DNA from: Acidobacteriota bacterium
GTDB lineage: Bacteria; Acidobacteriota; UBA6911
DNA: 64,000 nt
Reading direction: 5' to 3'
Assembly (NCBI GenBank): GCA_963664705.1
Contig: OY761556.1
Location: 6,752,001 to 6,816,000 of the forward strand
How positions within the stretch are numbered: position 1 is the stretch's first letter; each line of letters starts with the position of its first letter. Below are positions 8,439-19,000 of this stretch, in pieces. Position numbers and translations under genes: made by a program. The notes below the pieces were generated by a model. That model worked only from the letters and a program-made list of their open reading frames with translations. It did not search any database and was not told where the DNA came from.

Positions 8439-9284
8439 TTAGTGGTCGGCAAAGCGCTGGCCACTAACCTGCCCCCGCATTCTCAGCTGCGCCGCAGCTT
8501 TGGCGCACCTCTGACCAAAAAGCGCCATTTTCTCCTTCGTCATTCTGAATGCAGGACCGACGATCGACAGCGTCGCCACGACATGCTCCTCACCGTCAAA
8601 GATGGGGGCCGAGACCGCGCTGATTCCATCCTGAAACTCTTCGAAGTCCATCGCGTATCCCAGCGTTTTAACGGATTCGAGCTCTTTTCTATATGCCCGC
8701 GCGTCCGTGATGGAATGCTTTGTATTGGCCGGAAGCCCTTCGCGTTTGATGATCGTGTTGACAAGTTCTTCCGGCATCCACGCCAGCACGGCCTTGCCGT
8801 TTGATTTGTTGATCACGGAATCCGTTGTTCCTATCGGCGGGGATACCCGAAGCTCAATCAGCGGTTCGACGGCTTCCACAATAACCATCCTGGTTCCGCT
8901 CAAAACCGCCAGGTTGGCGGTTTCTCCACTGAAGTCCGACAGATCCTTCAGTACGGATTTTGCCGACCGGCTGACATTCAGATTGTCCAGCGCCGCCTGG
9001 CCGCACCGGGCCAGCGCGATTCCAAGAGAATAGCGTTTGGTCGTCTCATCGCGATTCAGGAATCCGTGGTGACTCAGGGTTATCAATATTTTGTGAACGC
9101 TGCTTTTGTGATAACCCGTTGCCGCGGCAATTTCAGCCAGCGTCAACTCTCTGGTTCCGGTCGCCAACATCAACATAATGCGCGCAGCCCTGTCTACAGC
9201 AGGAACGGTGTATATGGAACTATCGTCTTCTTTCGCTTTGGGAGAATGGCTGAGAGCTTTTTTCACGGCTTTATCCTTTATCAA
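8439..9284 (-). CDS. IclR-family transcriptional regulator
   Basis: VPAVDRAARIM..LAEIA..HKSSVHKILITL HTH and GYAMDFEEF..GISAVSAPIF effector domain. The start may be GTG at 9266. Confidence 0.95.
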   Translation of the reverse strand: MIKDKAVKKALSHSPKAKEDDSSIYTVPAVDRAARIMLMLATGTRELTLAEIAAATGYHKSSVHKILITLSHHGFLNRDETTKRYSLGIALARCGQAALDNLNVSRSAKSVLKDLSDFSGETANLAVLSGTRMVIVEAVEPLIELRVSPPIGTTDSVINKSNGKAVLAWMPEELVNTIIKREGLPANTKHSITDARAYRKELESVKTLGYAMDFEEFQDGISAVSAPIFDGEEHVVATLSIVGPAFRMTKEKMALFGQRCAKAAAQLRMRGQVSGQRFADH

Positions 9285-9638
9285 GAAAAGAGTCTAGCAT
9301 GATCTACGCTCCGTCGCTATCCTGCCCTGAAAACCGGCTTCCTTGCGTATGCGTGCAGGCGGAGAAGGGCCAGGCGTTTTTTTTATGCCTTCAACTGGAT
9401 AAAAAAGCCGATGGCTAGCGGCCGCGGATGGGCGCCATGACGGCCCCGAAGGAGGACCATCGATTCCCAAACCCCGCGATAGAAAAATTGAAAACGGAAC
9501 GTCTATCCCTCGGCAAAAAATTAATTCCTGTCTGCGCTGCGCGGAATTCCCGGCGGAGTTGTCTCTTTGAGGCAGATTCCACGAGCGTCATAAGGCTGCA
9601 TTCCTCATCTTTATCCGAACACTACCAGCGGATTTGAG

Positions 9639-9699
9639 TTGACTTTAGAGTCTCCTCGTGGTGTCCTATACAATATAAGATATCCTATACGATATGTCA
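9639..9699 (+). promoter_or_regulatory. Promoter plus tandem operators upstream of AOR-1
   Basis: TTGACT at 9639. Sites TCCTATACAATATAAGA (9664-9680) and TCCTATACGATATGTCA (9683-9699). The latter is the exact reverse complement of 5961-5977. Confidence 0.8.
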
Positions 9700-9733
9700 A
9701 TGGTTCAATTGCAAAAGGGACAAGGAGACGGAT

Positions 9734-11779
9734 ATGAAGGGCGGATTTACCGGCAAGATACTTCGAGTAAACCTGACTCAAAAGAGCATCGGCAAAATCG
9801 ATACGGCCCAGTACGAATCATTTGGTGGCGGGCATGGAATCGGTTCGGCGGTTTTCTTTGACCTTGTCGGCGATCAACTGCCTTTCGACGCTTTCGATCC
9901 GAGGAATCTGATCATCATGATGGCTTCTCCGTTTGCCGGCACATTCATGCCGGGATCCGGAAGATGCGAAGTGCAAGGGCTGGGCCCGATGCTCTACCCT
10001 GTGGAGTGGTTTGCCCACAGCAACTTCGGCGGGCGTTTCACGGCGCAACTGAAATTTGCGGGTTGGGACGGCATTGTGGTGGAAGGCGCTTCCGAGGATC
10101 CGGTCTGGATCAATATCGTCAACGACAAAGTCACGATAGAGAGTGCGAGCGGTATCTGGGGAATGGATACCTGGGATACGCAGCAGGAAATCTCGCGACG
10201 CGTGATCCCCGGGCTCAGGCCGGGCGAGTGGGCCGAATTGGCAGGCGATGTCGCGACGACGCAGGTTCCGGCTGTGGTTTGCTGTGGCCCCGCGGGAGAG
10301 ACCCGCAGCCGCCTGGGCGCTCTTCTTCATGGACCCGGATCGCAGGCCGCCCTGTGTGGCTTCGGGGGTGTCTTCGGTTCAAAGAAGCTAAAAGCAATCA
10401 GCGCCATCGGGACGGGAAGCGTGCCGATTGCGGATCCTAAAGCTTTCATGGATGCGCGGCTGTGGTATCGGCAGTTCCAGTGGGACGTGGACAGTCCGCG
10501 GGAAGCGGAGCGATTCAGTACGCGCGCATGGTCGCATTGCAGCGGCCGGCCCAGCGGCGGCAATACGCTCAATAGTCAGCTGCCTCTTGTGCCGGCCCGC
10601 GTCACGGCGTGCGCCTCGTGTCCAAGGGCTTGCCGCATGCGCCTGGCTTCAGCGGAGAGCAATGAGTCCGTTTGCGCGGGGACCATGGCCGTCAGGCTTC
10701 AGGGCGGAGACCAGAAGCTGCTGCGCCAGGCTAATGACCTGATGCAGAAGATGGGGCTGGGACACTGGCAATTCATGCCTCTGCAGGCCTATATCCAAAA
10801 CCTGTATTCAAGGGGAATTCTGGGGAAGGGGAAGAAGATCGATTGCGATCTCCCGTTGGACCAGATTGGAACGATGGGTTATGTCGATACGCTCATGCGA
10901 AAAATCGCCAGCCGCCAGGGAATAGGCAATGATCTCTCCGAGGGCTGTGCGAGGTTTGCCGAGAAGCACGGCCTGTACAAAGAGGATGTGAACAGCGGCG
11001 TTCTAAACCTGGCCTATTGGGGGACGCGTGACCATTATGATCCGCGGATCGAGGTGGAATGGGCGTTTGGCTCGATTCTCGGCGAGCGCGATCTCATGCT
11101 GCACTCGTTTGCCAATCATAATTTCCATTGGATGGCGAACTCAGGTGACCCTTATCTGACCGCCGAGGAGGCTGCCCGTCTCTATTCGGAAGCGCTGGTT
11201 CCCTATAATGGCGATACCTTCCTGGCCGACTTCGGCGACGGCCCCACCGGCATCTACTCCGATTCAAAAGTCAAAATGGTTGCCTGGGTCAAGCACTATG
11301 AAAAGTTCTGGATCGGGGCCGGCGGTTTTTGCGGCTGGCGATGGCCGCAAACCTTCACCAACAACACTGCCGACCGGCGCGGTGCCACACCGCATGCCGA
11401 GCCGAAATTCTGGAATGCAGTCACAGGGGATAACCGCAGCTTTGCCGACTACATGGAACTCGGCCGGAAAATCTATACGCTGGATCGCTCTATCTGGGTG
11501 CTTCAGGGAAGGCACCGGGATATGGAAGTTTTTCCTGATTATGTTTATGACAAGAAATCCCAGGGACTCCTTTTGCCTATGTATGTGGATGGGAAGTGGA
11601 CCTATGCGACCGGGGCTGGCCGAACCCTGGATCGTGCGAAAGTGGAAGACTTCAAAACAAGGTTCTACAAATTCGAGGGCTACAACAGCAGCAATGGTTA
11701 TCCGACACGGGATACTCTCGAAAAGCTGGGCTTGAAAACAGTCGCGGATCAGCTTCAAAAGAAAGGCCGGCTTGGATAG
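9734..11779 (+). CDS. Aldehyde:ferredoxin oxidoreductase family protein 1 (W/Mo-pterin, divergent)
   Basis: GKILRVNLT, SNFGGRF..LKFAGWDGIVVEG, GPAGE, GFGGVFGSKKLKAI and CASCPRAC motifs. C-terminal GYPTRDTLEKLGL. Confidence 0.9.
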   Translation: MKGGFTGKILRVNLTQKSIGKIDTAQYESFGGGHGIGSAVFFDLVGDQLPFDAFDPRNLIIMMASPFAGTFMPGSGRCEVQGLGPMLYPVEWFAHSNFGGRFTAQLKFAGWDGIVVEGASEDPVWINIVNDKVTIESASGIWGMDTWDTQQEISRRVIPGLRPGEWAELAGDVATTQVPAVVCCGPAGETRSRLGALLHGPGSQAALCGFGGVFGSKKLKAISAIGTGSVPIADPKAFMDARLWYRQFQWDVDSPREAERFSTRAWSHCSGRPSGGNTLNSQLPLVPARVTACASCPRACRMRLASAESNESVCAGTMAVRLQGGDQKLLRQANDLMQKMGLGHWQFMPLQAYIQNLYSRGILGKGKKIDCDLPLDQIGTMGYVDTLMRKIASRQGIGNDLSEGCARFAEKHGLYKEDVNSGVLNLAYWGTRDHYDPRIEVEWAFGSILGERDLMLHSFANHNFHWMANSGDPYLTAEEAARLYSEALVPYNGDTFLADFGDGPTGIYSDSKVKMVAWVKHYEKFWIGAGGFCGWRWPQTFTNNTADRRGATPHAEPKFWNAVTGDNRSFADYMELGRKIYTLDRSIWVLQGRHRDMEVFPDYVYDKKSQGLLLPMYVDGKWTYATGAGRTLDRAKVEDFKTRFYKFEGYNSSNGYPTRDTLEKLGLKTVADQLQKKGRLG

Positions 11780-11912
11780 CCGATAGGAAATATGTCGAAC
11801 TGCCGATACGCTGGCTTCGAGGGGCGGCTGCCCCAAGTGTAGAGTTCCTCCTGGATGCGTGCGGCGCGTGACCAGAAGTAGTCGGTCACGCGCTGCACGC
11901 ATTGCCTCCAAA

Positions 11913-13631
11913 TCATCTCCATTTATCGACGGACATGCTGGATGTGTACCGCAGGTTTCCTGCCTGGAAACGCGCCTGTGTCTGGCCGCCCGCGACTACA
12001 ATCGAGATATCCTCTTTTCTGAGGAAGCGAGGGATCATGGCGTCATCCGGAAGCTTGAACCAGGAAGCAAAGGGCTCGACTCCCTTTTGAGCGCGAGGCA
12101 GATCAAAGGTGAGGATAAAGCTCTCATCCTTGTAGTCGCGCACAGAGTGTACGGCCTTGGTGTAGAGCCAGTCGATGAGCTTCTCTTTGTTGTTGTAGCC
12201 TTGCTCCTTCAGAGCTTTGGCGATGAGGGGGTCGCAAACGACCGTGGCTCCGAACATGCCGGTAAAATTATTGATCACGCTAAGAAACTGCTCGTCATAG
12301 CGTGGCTTCACCGAGATGCCGCCTCCTTTCGCCACCTGGCCCGGCACGATCCCCAAGCCTGTGAAAATGCTGATGACGCTTTCTTCCGGTTTATAGCCGA
12401 GCTGGACGCTCAGTGAATTCCACGGACTGTCCGCTTCGTTTTCGGCTATGACCAGGTTGTTGTAGTTGAGATTGTTCCCGGTGGAACCGAGGTACGTTTC
12501 CCCTGCGATTCCTCCGCCGGCCAGGTTCCTGGACATTATTGTCCAGGCTCGCCCGATCGTTGCATTGGCCTGGCTGAAAGGTCCCAATGCGCCGACCCCA
12601 TAATGCATCTTTATCTGGTCGCGGATAGGACCATTGACTACGACAGAGTAGACAAAAGAATTGGTGGAGCTGTAGAGCGAGGCCTGTCCATTGGCGGCCA
12701 GCGCCAGGATAACGGGGAAGTACTCCGGTTTTGCTCCTGCCATGACGGCATTGGCGGCCACCTGTTCCACGGTGTATTCCCACGGGTCAAAGGCGCCCCC
12801 CGCCATTCTTCCCACAACCTCTTCGGGACGATGGCTGGTTCCTTTCAGCATGGCTGAGACTTTTGCTTCGGTGGGCAGGACAACCGGGATGTAGTCGGTC
12901 ATTCCGCTGTCGATGAAGTTTTGCTGCAGCCGATCGGCCGTGTCCGGTGCGAGCAGCCTTGGATTTGGAGACGGCTTCAGGAATCCGGTTTTCTTTTCTT
13001 CTTCCGTAAGCGGTTTGGTCAGGGCACTGAGGATCTCCTGCATTACCGGTGTGCCCGTGACCGGATCGTTGCCTTCGATGTCACGACGCATTTCCTGGGC
13101 TGTTTTGCCAAAAACGGGGTGAGGAACAAACGTAAACCGCTCGCCCGGCATGCCTCGTTTATAGGCGTTGCCTTTAGCCAGCGCAACAAAACTCCTGGTA
13201 ACGATAGGCGCAGTGGGTTTGCCGAGCTTTTCCAGTTCGAGGCAATGGCCGACGACCGCCGGCGTGCAGGTGCTTCAATGCCCGATTGCCATTACCACTG
13301 CATCCCCCTTTTGCCGGATTTCCTCCCACAACTGCGGATCGTTTTCCGCATAGGCACCTGCCTTCTGCCGGAATTCGAGTTTTACCTTGGGCCTGTTAGT
13401 GGAAAACCAGGACATCATTTCCTTCAGGAATGTATCCGCGCCGACGTAGCGTACATCCACGAAGTAGACGGTCTTGCCGTCCAGTGTGTCGAGGCGCGGC
13501 GCCATCGGGACCAGCCGGATAGGCGGCGGCGTTCCTTTCGGGTTCAGGACTGTTATCTTGGGTTCCTGCGCCCTTAGGGAAGAAAAGCTGAGTGCCAGTA
13601 ATGCTGCGATCAATACTTTCCTGAGATGCAT
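11913..13631 (-). CDS. Putative exported UGSC-family selenoprotein 2 (Sec119 at TGA 13277-13275; GH-U-STC; 572 aa)
   Basis: ORFs 13275..13631 and 11913..13151 are in frame and joined by 41 stop-free codons: VMAIGH-U-STCTPAVVGHCLELEKLGKPTAPIVT. Signal peptide. Colinear with UGSC-1. Confidence 0.9.
13242..13274 (-). promoter_or_regulatory. Bacterial SECIS-like hairpin
   Basis: GCA-C-GCCGGC-GGTC-GTCGGC-CAT-TGC. The upper stem begins 11 nt after the TGA. Confidence 0.8.
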
Positions 13632-13646
13632 AAAAACCCCCGTAGA

Positions 13647-14180
13647 TCAGTAAAGACGAAATGCCGGACCCATCCCCGAATGGCTGAGAAGATGGACATC
13701 GGCGTGGAAAGCCATAAAAGGAGTCCGATCGCTCTTTGCTACCAGGAGAACCACCCATCCTTCTGCGATGTCGCCGGAATGCATGACGCGGCCCAATTTC
13801 GGGGATGGCAGAACGGCTGTTGCCGCCGGATATTGAATGGAGCCGTCGGAAGAAAAGGCAATGAACTGGTCTTCATTCAACGGGTAGAGCTTGTCTCCCG
13901 GTTTCCCTCTTTCCCGGTATTCGAACCGGATGCGTGCGAGTACGTACTCAAGTCCTGCCGGAGGTTGCGTGTTTGAAGCGCTTTCCTTTTTTAGCAGGTC
14001 CCATGCTTTTTCCCCGCGTCGCATTTCGACCAGTGTGATCCTGGCATCATAAGCCTCCATCGCATTGGCGTAGGCATCGCCAAAAGTGATGACGGTGGAA
14101 GCGGGCGTCCCGATCGGATGGGGATCCATGATGCCCGGAAAGGAAAACAGAAAGAAGAAGATCGAGTATAGATGGTTCAC
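13647..14180 (-). CDS. DUF4352-like (Ig-like) protein B
   Basis: ITLVEMRRG..A...GLEYVLARIRFE..GDIAEGWVVLLV. Hydrophobic N-terminus. Paralog of 7855..8421. Confidence 0.8.
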   Translation of the reverse strand: MNHLYSIFFFLFSFPGIMDPHPIGTPASTVITFGDAYANAMEAYDARITLVEMRRGEKAWDLLKKESASNTQPPAGLEYVLARIRFEYRERGKPGDKLYPLNEDQFIAFSSDGSIQYPAATAVLPSPKLGRVMHSGDIAEGWVVLLVAKSDRTPFMAFHADVHLLSHSGMGPAFRLY

Positions 14181-14300
14181 AGTTTTTCATGGACCGGGAG
14201 TCGCGCGACAGACCCGGTAGTTCCTTCGCTGAAGCGAGGCATTCCAGAGCCTGTCTCTGTGCCGGTCCGTTCCTCCGCAAAAAGCTAAATTTTGTCTGAA

Positions 14301-15596
14301 TCAGCGCGTCGCATTGTCCGCCCCTGCATCCAGCGTGAATCGCCCGTTCAGCGCGTCGATCCTGATTCTCCCACCCTGGGCAATATCGCTGCCCAGGATG
14401 CCATCCAACTTGATGAAGGTGGCCAGATCGGAAGGACGCGTCGCGATTTCCTGCATCTTCAAACGGTAGCCGGACAGGAGCAGATCCAGCGATGGAATCA
14501 CTTTGGCCTTCGAGTCATCCCATCCGCCGGCAGAGCCGGTTCTTATGTTTTCTGATTTCACTCCCGCAGCCGTTATTTTCTTGAAGATATTTTCCCGGAT
14601 ACTGCTGCTCGATGCTCCGGTATCCAGGCCAAACCGGAGTTTTCGCCCGTTGCCGGCTTGAACGGTGACGGCAGGATATCCGATCCAAAAGAAATTTCGC
14701 TGCAGGCCGGCGTCTCGGATCGGTTGCCGGAAGACGGCCCGCTTGTTGGCGTAATCCACGGTGATATCCATGTGCTGGATGGCATTCCACCCGATGATCC
14801 CATCTATTTTCACAAAAGGAATGAACCCGAACAGCTTAATTTCGAGATCCTTCTTTTGAAGAATAATGGCCGGATGGTTTCGAATGCGGATCCCACCGAT
14901 TTCCATCTCATCGATAATTGCGGGCTGGCTGCTGATTTCCTTCGAAGTGGCGGTCTGGGTGCGTTCCTGGCGTTCGTTGGCCGGACGCACCTTGCACTCG
15001 GGGGCAACGTCGGAGGAAAGAACACTGACGCCTGCGCCTGTATCCAGCCAAAAATTCCTCCGCTGTCCGTTAACCGTCACCGGGACGATTGGGGAGCCGG
15101 TGCGGCTTAGCGCTATGGACAGCTCAACCGGTTTGGGAGGAAACGCATAGGTCTCGCCGGGCGCCTTGCTGTAGGCTTCCGTGAGCGCCTTATCGTCGAC
15201 CTCTTCCGCCATGGGACCCTGTGCCAGTTTCTGGTGATCGGTCCATTTGGACTGATAGAAGAGCAGGGACGAAAGGAGTTTTGTGGAGTGTTTCCTCGTC
15301 AGAGGATCCGCCGACTGGTCCTGCAAAGCCCGAAGCTTTGTTTCGGCGGCTTCCATTTCCCCTGTTTCTATCAGCTTCAACGCTTCAGCAAAGCTGCGTT
15401 GCGCTTCGTCTCCGCCGGCATATGCGAGATCCAGGTTTTCCATCGCTTCCCAAAAAGAGGAGTATGGAACCGGTGCCGGTGCCTGCGGCGTCAGCGCCGG
15501 ATCAAGTTTTTCGATATGAAGTTTCTTCGACGAACACCCGCCGATTGTGATGCAGCACAGTAATAAGGGAATCGGGAAACACGATTTGTAATTCAC
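14301..15596 (-). CDS. Retropepsin-like aspartyl protease lipoprotein (two domains)
   Basis: Two DTGA motifs (WLDTGAG, GLDTGAS), DGIIG and DGILG, lipobox-like IGGC. Start inferred at GTG 15596. Confidence 0.85.
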   Translation of the reverse strand: MNYKSCFPIPLLLCCITIGGCSSKKLHIEKLDPALTPQAPAPVPYSSFWEAMENLDLAYAGGDEAQRSFAEALKLIETGEMEAAETKLRALQDQSADPLTRKHSTKLLSSLLFYQSKWTDHQKLAQGPMAEEVDDKALTEAYSKAPGETYAFPPKPVELSIALSRTGSPIVPVTVNGQRRNFWLDTGAGVSVLSSDVAPECKVRPANERQERTQTATSKEISSQPAIIDEMEIGGIRIRNHPAIILQKKDLEIKLFGFIPFVKIDGIIGWNAIQHMDITVDYANKRAVFRQPIRDAGLQRNFFWIGYPAVTVQAGNGRKLRFGLDTGASSSSIRENIFKKITAAGVKSENIRTGSAGGWDDSKAKVIPSLDLLLSGYRLKMQEIATRPSDLATFIKLDGILGSDIAQGGRIRIDALNGRFTLDAGADNATR

Positions 15597-15735
15597 GGTT
15601 CGAGCCTCTGGGTTCTCAGCATTTTGAACAGCCGCCAAAATCGTGGATTTTACACCCAAACGGCGGTCGCGCGCGCCCGGCCGTATTATTGTTTTCCTCT
15701 ATACGTTTCTATCCTGCAATTGAGGAATTTTCAGC

Positions 15736-15798
15736 TTGACCCCGCCGGACCTGTTAATCTAAATTAATATTGTTAAAGATACTCCATATCGTATAGGA
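15736..15798 (+). promoter_or_regulatory. Promoter plus operator upstream of the TonB-dependent transporter
   Basis: TTGACC(15736)-N18-TAAATT. Operator CTCCATATCGTATAGGA at 15782-15798 (14/17 identical to 5961-5977). Confidence 0.75.
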
Positions 15799-16015
15799 AA
15801 TACAGCTCAAACAGATCCGAGAAAATGGTTGCAGGGGGCAGCAGGGGAGAAGTCATCCCCGGACGCCCGATGGATGACGGGAAAATCCAGATTTCGCAGT
15901 ATAGGCAACGATTTCGGACTCTGCGGCAGCAGCATAGTTTGTACCCGGAATGATGTGCAGGCTCCCTTGGGTGGTTAAGGAGCCTGGCCTCCTCCAGTTA
16001 GAAAGGGGAATGGTA

Positions 16016-19000
16016 ATGAGGAAGGTTTCTATCACGGCTACCTTGATACTGTGCTTTATCCTGTCTATGAATGTTTTTGGTCAGACAAACGCCTCCCTTA
16101 GCGGAACGGTTGCGGATGGTTCAGGGGCCATTGTTATTGGCGTGGCGGTCAAAGCAACGAATGACAACACGGGTGTTGTCACTTCTGTTGTCAGCAACGA
16201 AGCCGGTATCTACAATTTTGCCAGTCTTATGGCAGGTATGTACACGGTCAGTGCTGAGAAGGCCGGGTTCCGAAGCAAAACCTACACCAAAGTGGAACTG
16301 GGAAGCGGTGCACAGCGACGGCTTAACTTCACACTGGAAGTAGGCGGTGTGGCAACACAGGTGGAGGTTTCCACCTCCGCGGAAGATCTGATCCTGGAAT
16401 CCAGTTCATCGGTCGGGGATGTTCTGATGGAGGATACCGTCAAGAACATGCCTCTGGTCAACCGAAATGCATTGGATCTCGTCAATGTCATGTCCGGTGT
16501 GGTCATGGCGGACGATACTATTTTCAATGCCAATGGATCTTCTTTTGCGGGAGTCAGTGCCGCGGGTGTGAATATTCAGCGCGACGGCATTGCGGTAAAC
16601 GATGTTCGTTATCCGACTGGTGTGAATGCGGCTACCCGCGTCAACCCGGATCTGGTCGGGGAATTCCGTCTCATCCTGGCTCCGGTGGATGCCGAGTCGG
16701 GACGCGGTAATGCGCAGATACAGATCTCCACCAAGTCCGGCACCAACCAGTACCATGGTTCGACGGTCTGGAATGTTCAAAACACGGCATTGGATCCCAA
16801 TACATGGGAGAACAATCGCAGCAGCATTGCGGCGCCCTGGCGGAATCAGCATGAGTGGACAATCAGCGCCGGCGGGCCGATCATCAAGAACAAAACGTTT
16901 TTCTTTGTCCTCTATGACGGCCAGGTGAACAAGATCCGCGCGCCGTTCAATGTTCGCTCGCTGACGCCGTGCGCACAAAGAGGCATCTTCCGGTATTATG
17001 ATAACTGGAGCAACGGCAATTACCTGTCTACCGTATCGGATGCCGGCGCCTCCTATCCGGCCGCTCCGGTTGTGGACAAAAACGGAAATCCTACTCCGCC
17101 CCCGTATCTGAATCCCTCAAATGTCAACAGCGGCCCGCACAATGGCGTCCTCCGATATGCCAGCGTGTTTGGCAAACTGCTGAATACGCCGACAGCGCCG
17201 GATTGCAGTGACGCAAATATTCAGGCAGGCACGGCGTGGGACTCGAACCGGAAGGCAATTGATTCAACCGGTTACATTGCTGCGTTCATGAAGAGAATGC
17301 CGCAAGTGAATAACTACGATATTGGCGACGGGCTGAACACCGCCGGAGCCCGCTGGACTCGTACCCTATATGGTACGGACAATTCTTATGGAGTTGGCGA
17401 AGACACCTATCGACGCCAGATCAACCTTCGTATTGATCACAACATCAATACCAAACACCGGATCAACGGATCCTGGAGCTGGGAGCGATCCTGGGCGGAT
17501 AACGGATTCAAGACCTGGCCGAACGGTTTTGGTGGGCTGACCATTCGCCGCCCGATGGTATTGACGGTTAACTTTATCTCGAGCCTTTCCCCGACCATGC
17601 TCAATGAAGCCAAGTTCGGGATGTCGCGGACCGGAACCAACACGTTCTCGCCCTATGACAACCCTGAGACTGGCGAGCAGCTTCGCAAGGTTCTGCCCCA
17701 GATTAACGGATACGGCATTGCGGTAGGGATGGGGGCGGGAGCCGTTGCATTCAAACCGGACGATGGTTCTACCGGAGGAAGCAACGATTTTGGCGGGCGA
17801 GGCAATATCTCGAACTCGGCCATCGATACCAGTCCCAGATACTCCTTCGGGGACACCTTCTCCTGGACCAAAGGTCTGCATTCCTTCAAGTTCGGCGGCG
17901 AGTATCGACGGGCAACTTCGAACTCCCTGACCCGGTTCACCGGCGCTTTTGGTGCCGGCACCACGAGCTACGCCTATGTTTCCGGCGGCGACACCACCTA
18001 TTCTCCTGTCGCGGGGATCACCAGCACCAACATGCCTGGTCTGGCCGGCGATACATCGGGGGGCAACCGCTCGGTTATGGAAGACCTGCTGAATTTCCTT
18101 TCCGGGTCCGTAGCTCAGGTGAGGCAGTGGCGATTCATCAACAATGCAACTCAAGCCTCGTTCAACGATCCTCTCAAAGAAGATCAGTTCATCCGCAATT
18201 TCTTCCAGCAGGAATTCAGTTTTTTCCTTAAAGATGACTGGAAGATAAGGCCGGATCTTACACTCAACCTCGGTGTCCGCTTTGACTACTTCGGAGTCCC
18301 CCATCTCGACAATGGTTTGACCAATGGATTCGTGGGTGGATCGGGTACTCTTTTTGGCCGTTCCGGGACCGATTTTGACGGCTTCATGAAACCTGGGGAG
18401 AGAGGTTCCGATACCAAACTGCAATTTATCGGACCGGGCTCGCCGAATCCTGATGCCATCCTGTATCCGCGCGATACCAACAACTGGGGCCCTGCGATCG
18501 GGTTTGCCTGGCAGATCCCATGGTTCGGTAAAGACCGAGCCACGCTGCGTGGAGGATATCAGATCAGTTACATAGGAAATAACGGCCGGGCGGCCACCAT
18601 CCAGAACGCATCCGGGATGGCGCCGGGTACTTCCTATCTGAATTCCTATACTCCGAGCACTACCCAGACCTACCTTGATATGAACAATCTTTCGGCTCTT
18701 GTTCCCGTGATCCCGATGCCCGGCAATATTACGCCGGCTATCGCTATTTTTCCGGTAACGGATCGAAAATCGGATATCACGGCTTTTGAGCCGGGATACA
18801 AATCACCGTATATTCAGAACCTGACGCTGGCGCTGACCACCAACGTTACTTCAAAAATTACCGTCGATGTTCGGTACATCGGCACTCTGAGCCGAAGTCT
18901 CTTCTCGAACTTCAATATCAATCCGTCGAATTTCACCACGAACGGGCTGCTGGAAGCATTTGATGCGGCGCGGGCCGGCGGTGAATCGACGCTGCTGAAT

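Noticed and set aside
11913-11915. Terminal TGA of UGSC-2 as a second Sec codon
   Set aside because: Paralog 1 ends at the same position (VDLWR-TAG versus VDKWR-TGA), so this is a true stop.
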